The translations under genes were made by a program, and so were the position numbers. A stretch of DNA of 64,000 nt, taken from the NCBI RefSeq assembly GCF_009914755.1, contig NC_060936.1. The stretch is one strand, 5' to 3'. The notes beneath the pieces were generated by a model, which was not told where the DNA came from, searched no databases, and saw only the letters and a program-made list of their open reading frames with translations. This DNA comes from the human T2T-CHM13v2.0 reference genome, Homo sapiens. Shown piece after piece: positions 13,570 through 24,912 of the stretch; position 1 is the first letter of the stretch, and every line of letters begins with the position of its first letter.

Positions 13570-13765
13570 CTTTATAGTGATTCGGACATGAATTAGAATT
13601 GTAGCTTTCCACTTACTAGTTAAATGGCACTGGACAATTTGGCTAATTTCTGGAAGCTTCAATGTCCTTATTCGACACAAGAAAAGAAGGTAATTCCTAC
13701 TTTGAAAAATGGTGATAATTACATGTATATTCCCTAGCAGTAAATGAATGACAGCTGTCATGATT
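13570..13765 (+). mobile_element. MIR
   Basis: ccacttactagtta...ggacaattt...cttcaatgtccttatt. Confidence 0.55.
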
Positions 13766-15595
13766 TTTAGTCCTCTAATCTTCCTAATTATTCCAAGAGA
13801 CAGACACTATGTAACTGAAAGATAAATCTGTAGCAGAAAGCTACACATAGGACACTATATAGAGCTCTGCCTCTTCACCTCCCTAGTGGCATTCCTTCAG
13901 AATTAAGAAAGGAGTGTATCTTTGGGGACAGACTCACATGGGAGAATTTGAAGTAGGCAATTTGTGGACTCATTTTCTATAGAGTTAGCAGAATGTGGGT
14001 TATCATCACAGGATGGGTATTGCCGTGCTTCCTGCAATCTTCGAATTGCCGCACTGTGGCATGGTATTAGTATCCTCTCTATGATGGGCTGATTACGAGG
14101 TAAAGCTGCATTGGCTGACCGCTCTATCAGGTGTCTGCTCTAATAACTCCAAGCATGATTACTTTTTTAAAAAACAAATAGAGACGTGGAGGAAAAACAA
14201 GGAGCCACCAACCAGTAAGCACTTCAAACCACACCACAAAAGACCAGATGTTGCTAGACTGTTTTTATTTGGACAAGTTCTAACTAATCTTCCCTGAGAT
14301 CAAGCGAAGGATTTAACCAATACCTAGTCACCCAGGGTAATAAAGTTCATGATTATTTAGCAACATGTGGAACTGCGGAGAGTTCTTTTTCGTTTCTCGA
14401 GGGAAGGAGTGAGAAGGAAGAAAGAAGGAATATCAAGCTATACAAAGACTAAACTAAAAATTTAAGTAGTTCAATTTTCTTTTCTCCCTATATAACACAG
14501 AGAATTGGAGCCATCCCAGTTCCAGTAGTACAAATTGTGTCAAGAACCATGAAAATTTCAGTAGCTATAATTATAACTAGGAAAAACATATAAACATATT
14601 TTGAATAGGAGGCTCATATTCTGGTGGTTTAATGAGCAAAAGGCAAACAATAATAATAACAATAACACATTACAGATTGAAATAAGAGCTTTGAGATTTT
14701 TTAAACAAGAGAGAGAAAATCACAAAGGAAATGTACCCATTGCAGAAAGAGACACCAAGAAGAGCTGCCATTTAGATTGAGATATAAAGGCTGGAGAGAA
14801 GATAGATGTTTCAGGCTGAGGGAAGAGGGTATGAATAGACCTGGGGGAGCTTAGTGTAAGAAAGGGCCTGAGGGAAGAAATCAATAAAGAAGAATGAGTA
14901 ATAAGGAGAGTGGCAAGATGGGGTGGAAAAATAGTCAAGGCCAACTCATGCAGTGCCTTTGGGTCATGACTCATACTGTTAGTAGAATAAGGAGCCATTG
15001 ACCAGCTTTTAGAAGGAGAGGCAAGATGTGATTTAGACAATCTTGCATATCAATCAGAGGACAGCTTCTTGAGACAGATTCCTGAGGCTCACGTCTTCGT
15101 CTTCGCTTAACAGCTACATATTAGCTGGGTGACCCTTTGTTTCCTCATCTGCAAAGAACAATAATAGGACCTATTCCATTGTTTTGAGACTTAAGTGAAT
15201 TATTTCATGGGAAGCCCATAGAACAGAGGCTAAGACATAGTAAATACTCAATAAAGGTTATCTATATATATGTAAATATGTATAAGCCATATATATTTAT
15301 GTTCATGTAAATATATACATAATAATTTTAAATAATATATCTAATGATTTTATTTTTTTAAGTTACTGCACTTGCTGCTGTGTGGACAAAGAATTAGCAC
15401 ACAAGAAAAAAAGAGGAATCAGGAAAACACATTATTTAGTAAGATAAAATAGAAATGCTAAACGTCTAAAATAGAAGGGTGACAGTGGAGATGGCAGGAA
15501 GGAGATGGATCAATATATATATTCTGGCCATGAATAAACTGGACCTTTTGATGCATAGGATATGAGATGAGGAGAAGGGAGATCAGGAATCTTAG

Positions 15596-16362
15596 ACCAT
15601 TCACAATATCCCAAAGGTGGAAACAGCCCAAATGTCCATCAATGGATGAATGAATAAAGAAATTTTGACAGTATATATAAAATGAAATATTATTTGGCTA
15701 TAAAAAAGAATGAAATACTAATGCATGTTACAACATGGACGAACCTGCAAACATGCTAAGTGAAAGAAGCCAGGGACAAAATATCACAATTTGCATGATT
15801 TCATTTATGTAAAATATCCAGAAAAAGTAAATCCATAGAGAAAGAAAATATACTGATGGTTGCCAGGGTCTGGAAGGAGGGTAGGATGAGAACTAACTGC
15901 TTAATAAGTATAGAGTTTCCTTTTGGAGTTATGAAAATGTTTTGGAACTAGATAGAGGAAAAATACTGTGATTGGATTAATGCCATTGGATTGTTCACTT
16001 TAAAATGATTAATTTGGGGCTGGATGCAGGGGCTCATGCATATAATTCCAATGCTATGGGAGGTCAAGGTGGACAAATCACTTGAGGCCAGGAGTTCAAG
16101 ACCAGCCTGGGCAACATAGTGAAGTCTTGTCTCTACTAAAATATTGAAAAATTAGCTGGGCATGGTGGTACATGGTTGTAGTCCTAGCTACTTGGGAGGC
16201 TGAGTCAAGAGGATTCTTTGAACTGAGGAGTTGGAAGTTACAATAAGCTATGATCAAGCCACTGACTTTCAGCCTGGGAGAAGAGATACAGAAATACATA
16301 CAAAATAAAATGATCAATTTTATGTAATGTGAATTTCATCTCTATAAAATTCCATAAAAAAG
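15596..16362 (+). mobile_element. L1MB-type 3' end (ORF2 tail/3'UTR), interrupted by AluJ
   Basis: ggaaacagcccaaatgtccatcaatggatgaat...atgctaagtgaaagaagccag...ttatgtaatgtgaatttcatctctataaa; atcttag on both sides (possible TSD). Confidence 0.85.
16018..16305 (+). mobile_element. AluJ
   Basis: cacttgaggccaggagttcaagaccagcctgggcaacatagtga; TSD taaaatgattaattt / taaaatgatcaattt. Confidence 0.9.
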
Positions 16363-16621
16363 AATGGATCTTAGGTTTTGTCTTGATCAACTGGATGAAA
16401 AGTTTCTCAAGTCAGATGAGGACAGTGAGTTCAGTGCTCTGTTTTGAGCATTTAAGTATGTGATGTTTATAATTTTTACGAGATGCAAGAAATAAGTTAC
16501 ATATACAAGTTTGGAGCTCAGAGGAGATATCAGAACTCGAAGCATAGATTTTAAAACTGTAAAAGTGGATGATATAAGTATCTAAAGGAGATATGTCTAA
16601 AGGAGAAAATGTAGGCAAAAG

Positions 16622-16785
16622 ATTTTATTACTATTATTATACTTTAAGTTCTGGGGTACATGCGTAGAACGTGCAGGTTTGTTACATAGGTATAGAAGTG
16701 CCATGGTGGTTTGCTGCACCCATCAATCTGTCATCTACATTGGATATTTCTCCTAATGCTATTCCTCCCCTAGCTCCCACCCCCC
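16622..16785 (-). mobile_element. L1PA (PA7/PA8-like) 3' terminal fragment
   Basis: ttatactttaagttctggggtacatg...gccatggtggtttgctgcacccatcaa...tctcctaatgctat. Confidence 0.9.
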
Positions 16786-17953
16786 AATTTTAAAAAGACC
16801 TAAGACAAGCTCTGAGAAATGGCAGCATTTAAGAAAATAACCCCACAAAAAACATTGATAAGTAGAAGGAAATTAAGAAAATAACCCTGGAAGCCAAGAG
16901 GTAAGCATGTTTCAAGCAGATAGGGTCCCAACTTTGACAAATATTGCTGAGAAGTCAGGTAAGATGAGCGGGGAAGAAGTCCATTGGGTTTGGCAACCTG
17001 CAGGCTATTGTAGATTTTAACAAAGAGAATTCCAGTTAGTGAAGATGCAGGAGCACATTGGACTGGGTTGAAAAGTGGAAAGAGGATGGGGAGGAGAGGC
17101 AGTTTGTTTGAAGAGCCAGGAATTTTGTGATAAAGGAAAACAAAAAAATATGGCAGGAAACTGTGTATGGTTATGTTAAAGAAAAGACTTAAAAGATAGG
17201 AAATACTACATTACAGCATGATTGTACAATAACAGTGAGATATTACCCTTAAGGGAAAGCAGAAATAATTTTAGGAACAAAGCCTTTGATAAGCTAAGCA
17301 GTAATGGGACCCAGAGCAGAAGTGAAGAAGAAATATCCTTTCTGGGAGGAGGAGGAACACTTCCCACATTGTGGAAGAAGGAGAGTTTGGATGCAGATAT
17401 ACTAAAATGGCAGGTTTTGTGGTGGGAAGATGAGTGAGTTCATTTCCAATGACTTCTATTTTCTCAATGAAGTATGAGTCTGGGTCATCTGTAGGAGGAG
17501 GATGTGTGGGAGATCTGAGGAAAAAGGAGTTGATATGGTACAGTCATCTCATAGAAATGAAGAAACTTTATAGGATTCCTGAGGAGTGCTGAGTGCCCGC
17601 TTGAGGTTTCTGAATTCTGAATCAGTCATCTTGGCTTTGTAACTTTCCTCAACAAAGTTTCTGCTTGGGTTTGAGCAAAAAGTAGGGAAGAGTTGAGCAA
17701 CTTAGAACAGCCTTTATGATTCACCCCAGACCTATCATATTCCTCTTCCTGCTCACTGGCTACTGGGCATTGAATAAAGTTTAATGGGCCTGTCTGTTAA
17801 ATATAGAAGGAGAGAAACATCAACATCAAGATATTTTATGCCTGGATAGCTGTCAGTGGCAACAAAGTCATACAAAAATCCTTGGGCCTCAACTCACTCA
17901 ATGCATCCAGTAGGAAGCACAGTCTTGTAGTCACAGTCACAATTGCACTGATG

Positions 17954-17978
17954 ATTGGTTGCCATGGAAATTTCCATG
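17954..17978. promoter_or_regulatory. Candidate composite site: inverted CCAAT + RFX X-box + palindromic kappaB
   Basis: ATTGG (17954-17958), GTTGCCATGGAAAT (17958-17971), GGAAATTTCC (17966-17975); motif match only. Confidence 0.35.
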
Positions 17979-18684
17979 TTAAAAAGGCCAAAGTCGTTTC
18001 AGGAACTGAAGTATAGCCTCACTAATTTAGTGTGATCTATATCCACATTAAAGGATAAACAATAGAATCAGTGAAAAGAAATGCAGTTGTGTTCCTTTCC
18101 AAGTATGCTGTGATCTAACCATGTAAGCCTAAATTGTGTCAAAATAAGTTCTAAATAAGAGGGACTGAAATTAATTACCTTGTAAAGAAAAGTGAGAAAA
18201 GACAAATAAAAAGCTTCATACAGCCTACTGAAATAACAAAAGGAAAATTAGGATAAGAAGAAAGGATGGATTTTCATGGTGCCAGAAAAAGCTTCATATG
18301 GATTAAGAAGGAAATTGTAGCAACCAACACTCTGGTTATGGGACTCGATGAATCGTCTGTGTTGTCCTCTGAAAGTCCTCCTGTCTTTGTCTTTCCTCAC
18401 ATCATTTAGCCACATGTCCTCCTCTGCTCCTTGCCATCTGGAAACCACTCTTTCTTCTCATCGTGCTTCAGGTGTCAGTTTAAAAAATTCTCCAGGAACA
18501 TCTTGCCTTACCTCACTCAGTTTTGTTTATGCCCTGCCTTTTATGGAGAGTAATTTCTGAAGACCATTTATTACTATTATCATTAGGTTTTGAGAAGTTA
18601 TTATCTAATATCTGCCTTTCTGCTCAACACCATATTCCCAGTTCTTGGTTTATACCTTGCAATCAGAGACCAGTATATAACCAT

Positions 18685-18806
18685 GAAAGGAAAAGAAGGG
18701 AGGGAAGAAGGGAGACAGAATATAAAAAAGGGAGGAAGAACAACATGAAGGAAGGGGGGAAGGAAGGAAGCAAGGAAGGAAGGAAGGAAGAAAGGAAGGA
18801 AGGAAG
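18685..18806 (+). repeat. (GGAA)n-rich polypurine tract
   Basis: aaggaaggaagcaaggaaggaaggaaggaagaaaggaaggaaggaag. Confidence 0.9.
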
Positions 18807-19214
18807 TTTTCTTAATCTATAAAAGTTTTCTCCTTTCTTTGAATTCACAGAATATTATTTCTGTACCCTGCATGTAATACTTAAATACTGCTCTGATATC
18901 TCTCTTGGATTGTGTAATGTGCAAATATTATACACATAGTGGCTACTGAATAATCAGTTAAATGAAAAAGACTCATACCCTTACAAGTAAGAAACTAAGA
19001 GGTCCCATATGCTAGAGTGGCATCAAACATCCCCCTCAGACATGATAATAATTTATCATCAATTTTTCAGAGTTTTATCTGAAATAGTCTTGAATGTGTG
19101 CCTTTCCGTAGAATAATGTCATCCTTAAATGTCCTCATTGGATGTAAAGGTACCAAGAGATTCCTATTTACTTCTTTATCCTTGTTATTCATCACTTATT
19201 GATCATTTTTAACA

Positions 19215-19395
19215 ATTTCTTTTATTTCAATAGTTTTGGGGGTATGGGTGGTTTTGGTTACATGGATTAGTTTTTAAGTGGTGGTTTCTGAGATTTTAGT
19301 GTACCCAGCCAAGCAGTGTACACTGTACCCAACATGTAGGCTTTTACCCCTCACTTCCCTCCCAAGCTTCTCCTCAAGTTCCCAAAGTCCATTCA
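19215..19395 (-). mobile_element. L1PB-type 3' terminal fragment
   Basis: ttatttcaatagttttggggg...gtggtggtttctgagattttagtgtaccc...gcagtgtacactgtacccaa. Confidence 0.85.
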
Positions 19396-20344
19396 TCATC
19401 CTTACATTGCATCGTATTTAAACTCTATCAATTTTGAACAACTCATGGTTTTTCAAAGGCCTTTCCTTTCTTTTAACTGCAATATCTTCTGCTCAGGTCA
19501 AAATTCTACTCATTACATTCTTCACATTATCCAGGAAGGCTTCTGGTATTTCCACCACTAGCTCTGTTCTACACAATTTATGATATGAGTCCCCAGCTCA
19601 CTGCAGAACTATGTCTCTTTTATCTTTGTATTTTCAAGGCTTAGTGCATACGTTGAAATCTAGTAGCTACCCCATGAATGTCTGAAACTCAACTCCTGTT
19701 TATTATGAAGCTATAACCATTATGGTTTCATAGATTTCACTCAGTCTTACCAAATATTCTCTCCAATAATTCTCCTGAAGAGAATTGTTGTAATTTATAA
19801 GATGGCCACATTGTGAGAGGCATAATACCTACCAGAAATAGACTTTTACATTAAATCATCCTTTCTTTTTGAACTTAGCTTGGTTAAACAAGCCTGTATC
19901 AGATATTTTACAAAATTATTCATTCCTATAATAATGATATTGAAGCATATCATATCAGTTTCATCCACAAAAAGGGTTATCAGCTTCTATCGTATAACTA
20001 AAAATAGTATTAGGTGAACATTTTACAGATAAGAATGCATGCTTTTGGTACAAAGCAAGGTTGATATATTTTATTTCTCATCGTTCTTCTCTTTCTTCCT
20101 CACCCGTTCCTCTCACCCTACCATTTTTCTTTCCCTTATTCTTCTCCATTTCTCCTGCATTTCCAACTGCCAGTAACATATAAATCCACTTAAAGCAATC
20201 ATGGGTATTAGTTTCGCTGACGCCTTTTCTAACATGAGGATTTAGGCAGCAGAAAGTATAGATATCGAATGTGGGCTTGTGTTTCCTGGTTCTAAATTAC
20301 ACCAAATCAGAAAAGAATTGCATTTATAAAACTGAGGGGAAACT

Positions 20345-20445
20345 TTATTGTTTTCTTAACCGGTAAATTAAAATTGTGTATATTTATGGCATACAACGTC
20401 ATGTTTTGATATATTGTATACACTGAAGAATGGCTAAATCAAGCG
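20345..20445 (-). mobile_element. L1MA 3' terminal fragment
   Basis: taaaattgtgtatatttatggcatacaacgtcatgttttgatata...gaatggctaaatcaagc. Confidence 0.75.
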
Positions 20446-21067
20446 AACTTTAGGTTTTAGTAACCCCTGTGTCATCTTTAGTGCCAAATGCAAAAGAAAG
20501 AGCCATGAAAAGGGGAAGGGAAAAGATAACACCAAGAGGATTTTCTGCTGGGACATTAAAAGTAGCATGAAGAAAGAGTAAATTACATTTCACTTGACAG
20601 TGACAAACCCACTAAGAAGATGAGGTAAAGGCAAGAAAGAGCCATGGCAATGCCGAGTGAAGGTCTAGTAGAAGGGCAGGGTGCCCTTCATCTTTTTGGA
20701 TGGTGCAGTCTGAGCCATTCCTGCAGAGAGCCATCCTCAAGAAAGCTGTCTGTGACTCAGTGACCCAGCCAGAAATGATGTGTGGGCAAAGCAAACAATT
20801 ACAGTAAAGAAAATGACTACCCAGAATGTGGTAGTGACAGCAGCACTTACTGGCACCTGTAGTCAGAAAAACTTATTCATTCACCTTTTCAAGTGTTGTT
20901 TATGAGGCACCTACTCTACACAAATCATAGGCCCTAAATAGCCATTCTCTTCCAGATTCTTAAAACCTCATATTTTGAGTGTTCCTAAATGGTCTCCTTG
21001 TCTCCAGGCTTGCTCTCTGTTCTAGTCTGTCCTACACACAAGGGCCAGGAAATTCTCCCTCCTACAC

Positions 21068-21200
21068 AAGAGTGGTTATAAGCACAGACTCTGGAATTAG
21101 ACTTCCTGGATTCAAATCCTGGCTCCACAGTATATTAGCCCTATGATCTTAGGCAAGTTACCTAAGCTACCCAAGTTAACAAGTTACCATCTGAGCCCCA
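21068..21200 (+). mobile_element. MIR 5' half
   Basis: gtggttataagcacagactctggaattagacttcctggattcaaatcctggctcc. Confidence 0.75.
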
Positions 21201-21201
21201 G

Positions 21202-21530
21202 TGTATCAGTCAGCTCAGTTTACGTGGAAGAAACAAAAGTCCCCCACATCTTCAAAGTAAAAATAAAGCTTTGTTTCTGGCTCATGTTTATGTCCTTCAT
21301 GGGTCTGAGCCAATGCTTTGCAACCTCCTCATTCTACAACCAAAGTTAAAGTTGCAGCCCCTCTCTGGATCATGCAAGGCAGTGGCAGAGGGAAACAGTG
21401 CAGCTCCATTAAAGCTTTTGCTTGGAAATGTCACATCACACTTTCATTCACATTTCATTTGTGAAAACAAAGAGGCAGGACTGAGAGGGAGGGGCAGAAA
21501 GGATGCTGACAATATAATCAACTACATCCA
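21202..21530 (-). mobile_element. Old MaLR solo LTR (MLT1-like)
   Basis: Starts tgtatcagtcagct; aaagctttgtttctggctcatg; cactttcattcacatttcatt. Confidence 0.45.
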
Positions 21531-22034
21531 GATTCCTCATCTGGAAATAACTTCCTTACACTTTCCTCCCTGATGCCATACAAACACCCCTATCAAATAC
21601 AAGTGTTCAGTCCAACAAACCAAAATATAATTTGCATTATTCTGCTCAATAACTAAGTTAAACATTTCATATATAAATTGGCTCAATGAATATAGAGTTA
21701 TAGACCTATGAAGGCAAAATAATAGAGCTTTCTACAAAAAAGTTCTACTTGTAAAATTGAACTAAGACATCCAGCCCTCATTGTTACCCTGACATTAAAC
21801 AAGTTACCTACAACACAGGAATGATGTGGAGAAAACACGACTTAAGAGCATTCATATTCTCAATGGATATATCCACACATCTTCACAAATCCTCACATTT
21901 CCAAATACCTTTATAGCCTATTATCTATTCCATAAAATACAGCAAAGTAGGATGTCATCAAAGCAACTCCATTTGTAAAGATGATGAATAAAAAAGAGCA
22001 GTGCCACATAGAAGAATGACAGTCAGCCAGGACA

Positions 22035-22461
22035 TGAATCTGGCTAGACTAACTATCATAACGCACAACCCTAAATCTCAGTGATTTAATGCAATAAATT
22101 TTTATTTATTGATCTCATCCTAATTCAGTGTGCGTTAGTAGTGGCAGGAGGGTGGGGCTAGAAGTTCTGCTCCACATACTCTTTCAGGAGCTCAGCCTTC
22201 TTCTATCTTGCCATCCCACCCTCCTCTATGTCCTTGGAGTCCTCTCCTTACAGGTGTGAGATAGGGAAAGAAAGTAGAGGACTGCATTTAGGAGAGTTTT
22301 ATCACCTAAGCCTGGAAAAGCTATATATCACTTTCATCATATTTATTGACCACAACTCAGATACAAGCCTGTAACTGACTACAAAGAAGGCTGGGAAATA
22401 TAGTCTAGTTACGTGTCAAAAGGAAAGCAGTTTGGGAAACAACTAGTCAATCTGTACCACA
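22035..22461 (-). mobile_element. Old MaLR solo LTR (MLT1J/K/L-like)
   Basis: caaccctaaatctcagtgatttaa...aggctgggaaatatagtctag...ctagtcaatctgtaccaca. Confidence 0.6.
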
Positions 22462-23639
22462 GTGACATAGTCTCACTTTCTAGCTAGGTGACTTGATCCA
22501 CTACACAGCTTAAGGCCAGGGATTCAAATATGTGAATTTACAACATCACAAATTACAACATATTCTGTACATTTGGCCTTATGTGCCATGTACCTTTGGG
22601 AATGACAAACATCTGTTTGTTTGTTTTGCTATTATAAAGTATTGGTTCTGATACGAATTGCTAAATCATTCTGTGAAAACCGGAGTCTGATCTCTGGAAT
22701 GTGCTACTTAGGCTGATCACTGAATTAGGCTAATAGGTAAAAGAGAATAGCCATTCAAATGCTAAACACACATGGCATAACACACAGACACAAAGCGCCA
22801 TTATTCTGTGTTTTGTGCAAACACACAAACTCCTCCCACCAAGGTTGACATAATGAAGAAAAAAAGAAGAGAAAGGATATGTACACAAGGAATTGAACCA
22901 AATCAAATGTTTTTGGATATGCTTGACTACCTGCCTTGATAAGGAATAAAATGAATTCACAAGATTTGCCTGCCCTCATAGTCAATAATTGTTAGAAAAT
23001 TGCCAGGCCCAAGATGGATGACATCATGCAGGGCAAATGAAGATCATTTCTTTCTACATTGATTGGTGCTTGGGTTTTGTTTATACTTCAGCTGCCTGGG
23101 CCTTGTTGTAAGTAACCAGATATTGTAGGTTTAAAACAAGCTTTCCATTTGCATCACCGGGCAATGAGTGCAGCCAACAGGAAGCCCAGTGATTCAGATA
23201 ACTAGTTTTAATTGAAATCAATACCAATGCAAGCAAAGCTGACTGGAATGGGAGCACTATGCTCTGATGGAATCATTTCATGGTCTCTGCCAATGACAAT
23301 CATTATCAGGAATGAACTGTAACTTCTACAGTGACTCATAACACTTTCCAGGAGGAAAAATAAAAGAGTCTCTGGACCAGTAAAAGTTTTCAATTAGGAA
23401 AAAAAAAAATTACCTCTTTAGGTCTCTGTTACATTTCAGTTATAGACTCCTGTTCAATTCCAATTTGAGATTCCATTAAATGAAAAATGGCAATTAGCTA
23501 TAGTACTTCCTCTTCTGCCAACCCTTCTCCAACCTTTCCCTTCCACTCTAATCACAGATTAGGTCTGGTGAAGAAAGAGAATAATTTTTATAATTAACAT
23601 GTATCAGACATGTTCCAGGTGGAGAATTATGTTCTAGTC

Positions 23640-23856
23640 CAGCAGTCAGCAAAACCAGCAAACTCTGTCTACAAAAGGGCCAAATAGTAAATATTTTAGG
23701 CTTTGTGGGCCATACAGTCTTGACTGTGACTACTCAGTTCTGCTGATGTAACCAAATGCAGACATAGACAATACATTATGAATGGGCATCTCTGTGTCCT
23801 AATAAAACTTTATTTACAAAACAAACAGCAGGCAGGATTTGGCTTGTAAAACCCTG
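23640..23856 (+). mobile_element. MER58A (hAT-Charlie) inside a minus-strand MIR
   Basis: aagggccaaatagtaaatattttaggctttgtgggccatacagtc...aataaaactttatttacaaaa. Confidence 0.85.
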
Positions 23857-24529
23857 TTCTTGGCTTTACAGGTGTTATCATTTAATCTTCACTGAGGAGT
23901 GTATTCTTATTCTGATTTTTCATATGAGGTGAATTGATAACCCCAAGACTTCTCTTCTAGTAATGAGTGAAGCCATGTCTATCATCAAAGACATGTCTCA
24001 CACCAAAGCAGACTATAGTTTACCCATTTTGCCACTCTACTGCCTGGCTGAAGAAGGAGCAAGGAAGCCTGGGAAACAGCAAAAGCTTCAGTGCTGAGCC
24101 TGATTATTTACAAATACAACTACCAGTTTAAAGAGTGTCTAACTCTTCCCTCTTGGTGATCCAGTGTTGACTTGACCAAATTTTTCATGATGCAAACTAT
24201 GTACAGAGTCAGCTGCCACCTAAAAAAGCATTGGGAGCATGTAAACTCCTAAAATACGCTTGCTTTCCATGACCCCTGGAGCTTCTAATCCACATAAGAG
24301 ATCAAAAATTGTGCCATGTTTGAAGAGTGCTTAAGAATTAATTTAGTATTTCACAAATACTATGCTTATAATATCCCTGTGTTTAATGCCCACCACAAGG
24401 ACAGGGAATGAATGTGTCTATATTCCTGAAGAGCCTTGCACTGCACCTAACACGTAAGAAATTCTCCAAAAATATTTGTGCCATGCCTTCATGGAATATC
24501 AGTGTAACCAAAGTGAGATACTATCTTTG

Positions 24530-24912
24530 TTCTTCACAAGCTGACACGCTACCAGAAAAGAAAATGTATAATATACAAATATTGTAGTCTGCCCTTCATG
24601 ATTGCTTATAATCATCAAAAGATAACTAAAAGTGCTATAGTTGTTCAGACGAGAAAAGAGAGTTTAATTACAGGCACATCTGCATAGAAGATGCAGCATC
24701 AAAACTGGCTCTTAGAACATGAGTAGGATTAGGTAGACGGAGATGTTGGAGGAAGGGCATCTCAGGCAAAGGAGACATGATAAGCAAATACAGGGATATG
24801 GGAAAAGATGGGGCATCTTCATAGAACAGACACTGCTTGGTTTGATTGAGCATTGGGCAAGAGAGTAGGGGTAATGAAAGGCAAGGCTAGAAAAGGAGTT
24901 TGGAGAAAGCAC
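24530..24912 (-). mobile_element. L2 fragment
   Basis: gagtaggattaggtagacggagatg...gggcatctcaggcaaaggagacatg. Confidence 0.5.

Larger units (their letters stand above)
14580..17700 (-). mobile_element. Long fragmented L2 hosting MIR (~15050-15260), L1MB, AluJ and L1PA insertions
   Basis: L2 antisense motifs: ggagccattgaccagctttta, gagttcagtgctctgtttt, tttggagctcagaggaga, tgctgagaagtcaggtaagatgag. Confidence 0.6.

Noticed and set aside
13983-14099. Possible 117-nt exon (cattttctatag | ... GAG | gtaaag)
   Set aside because: Stops in all three plus-strand frames and only moderate splice sites. A lncRNA exon cannot be excluded, but is unsupported without RNA data.
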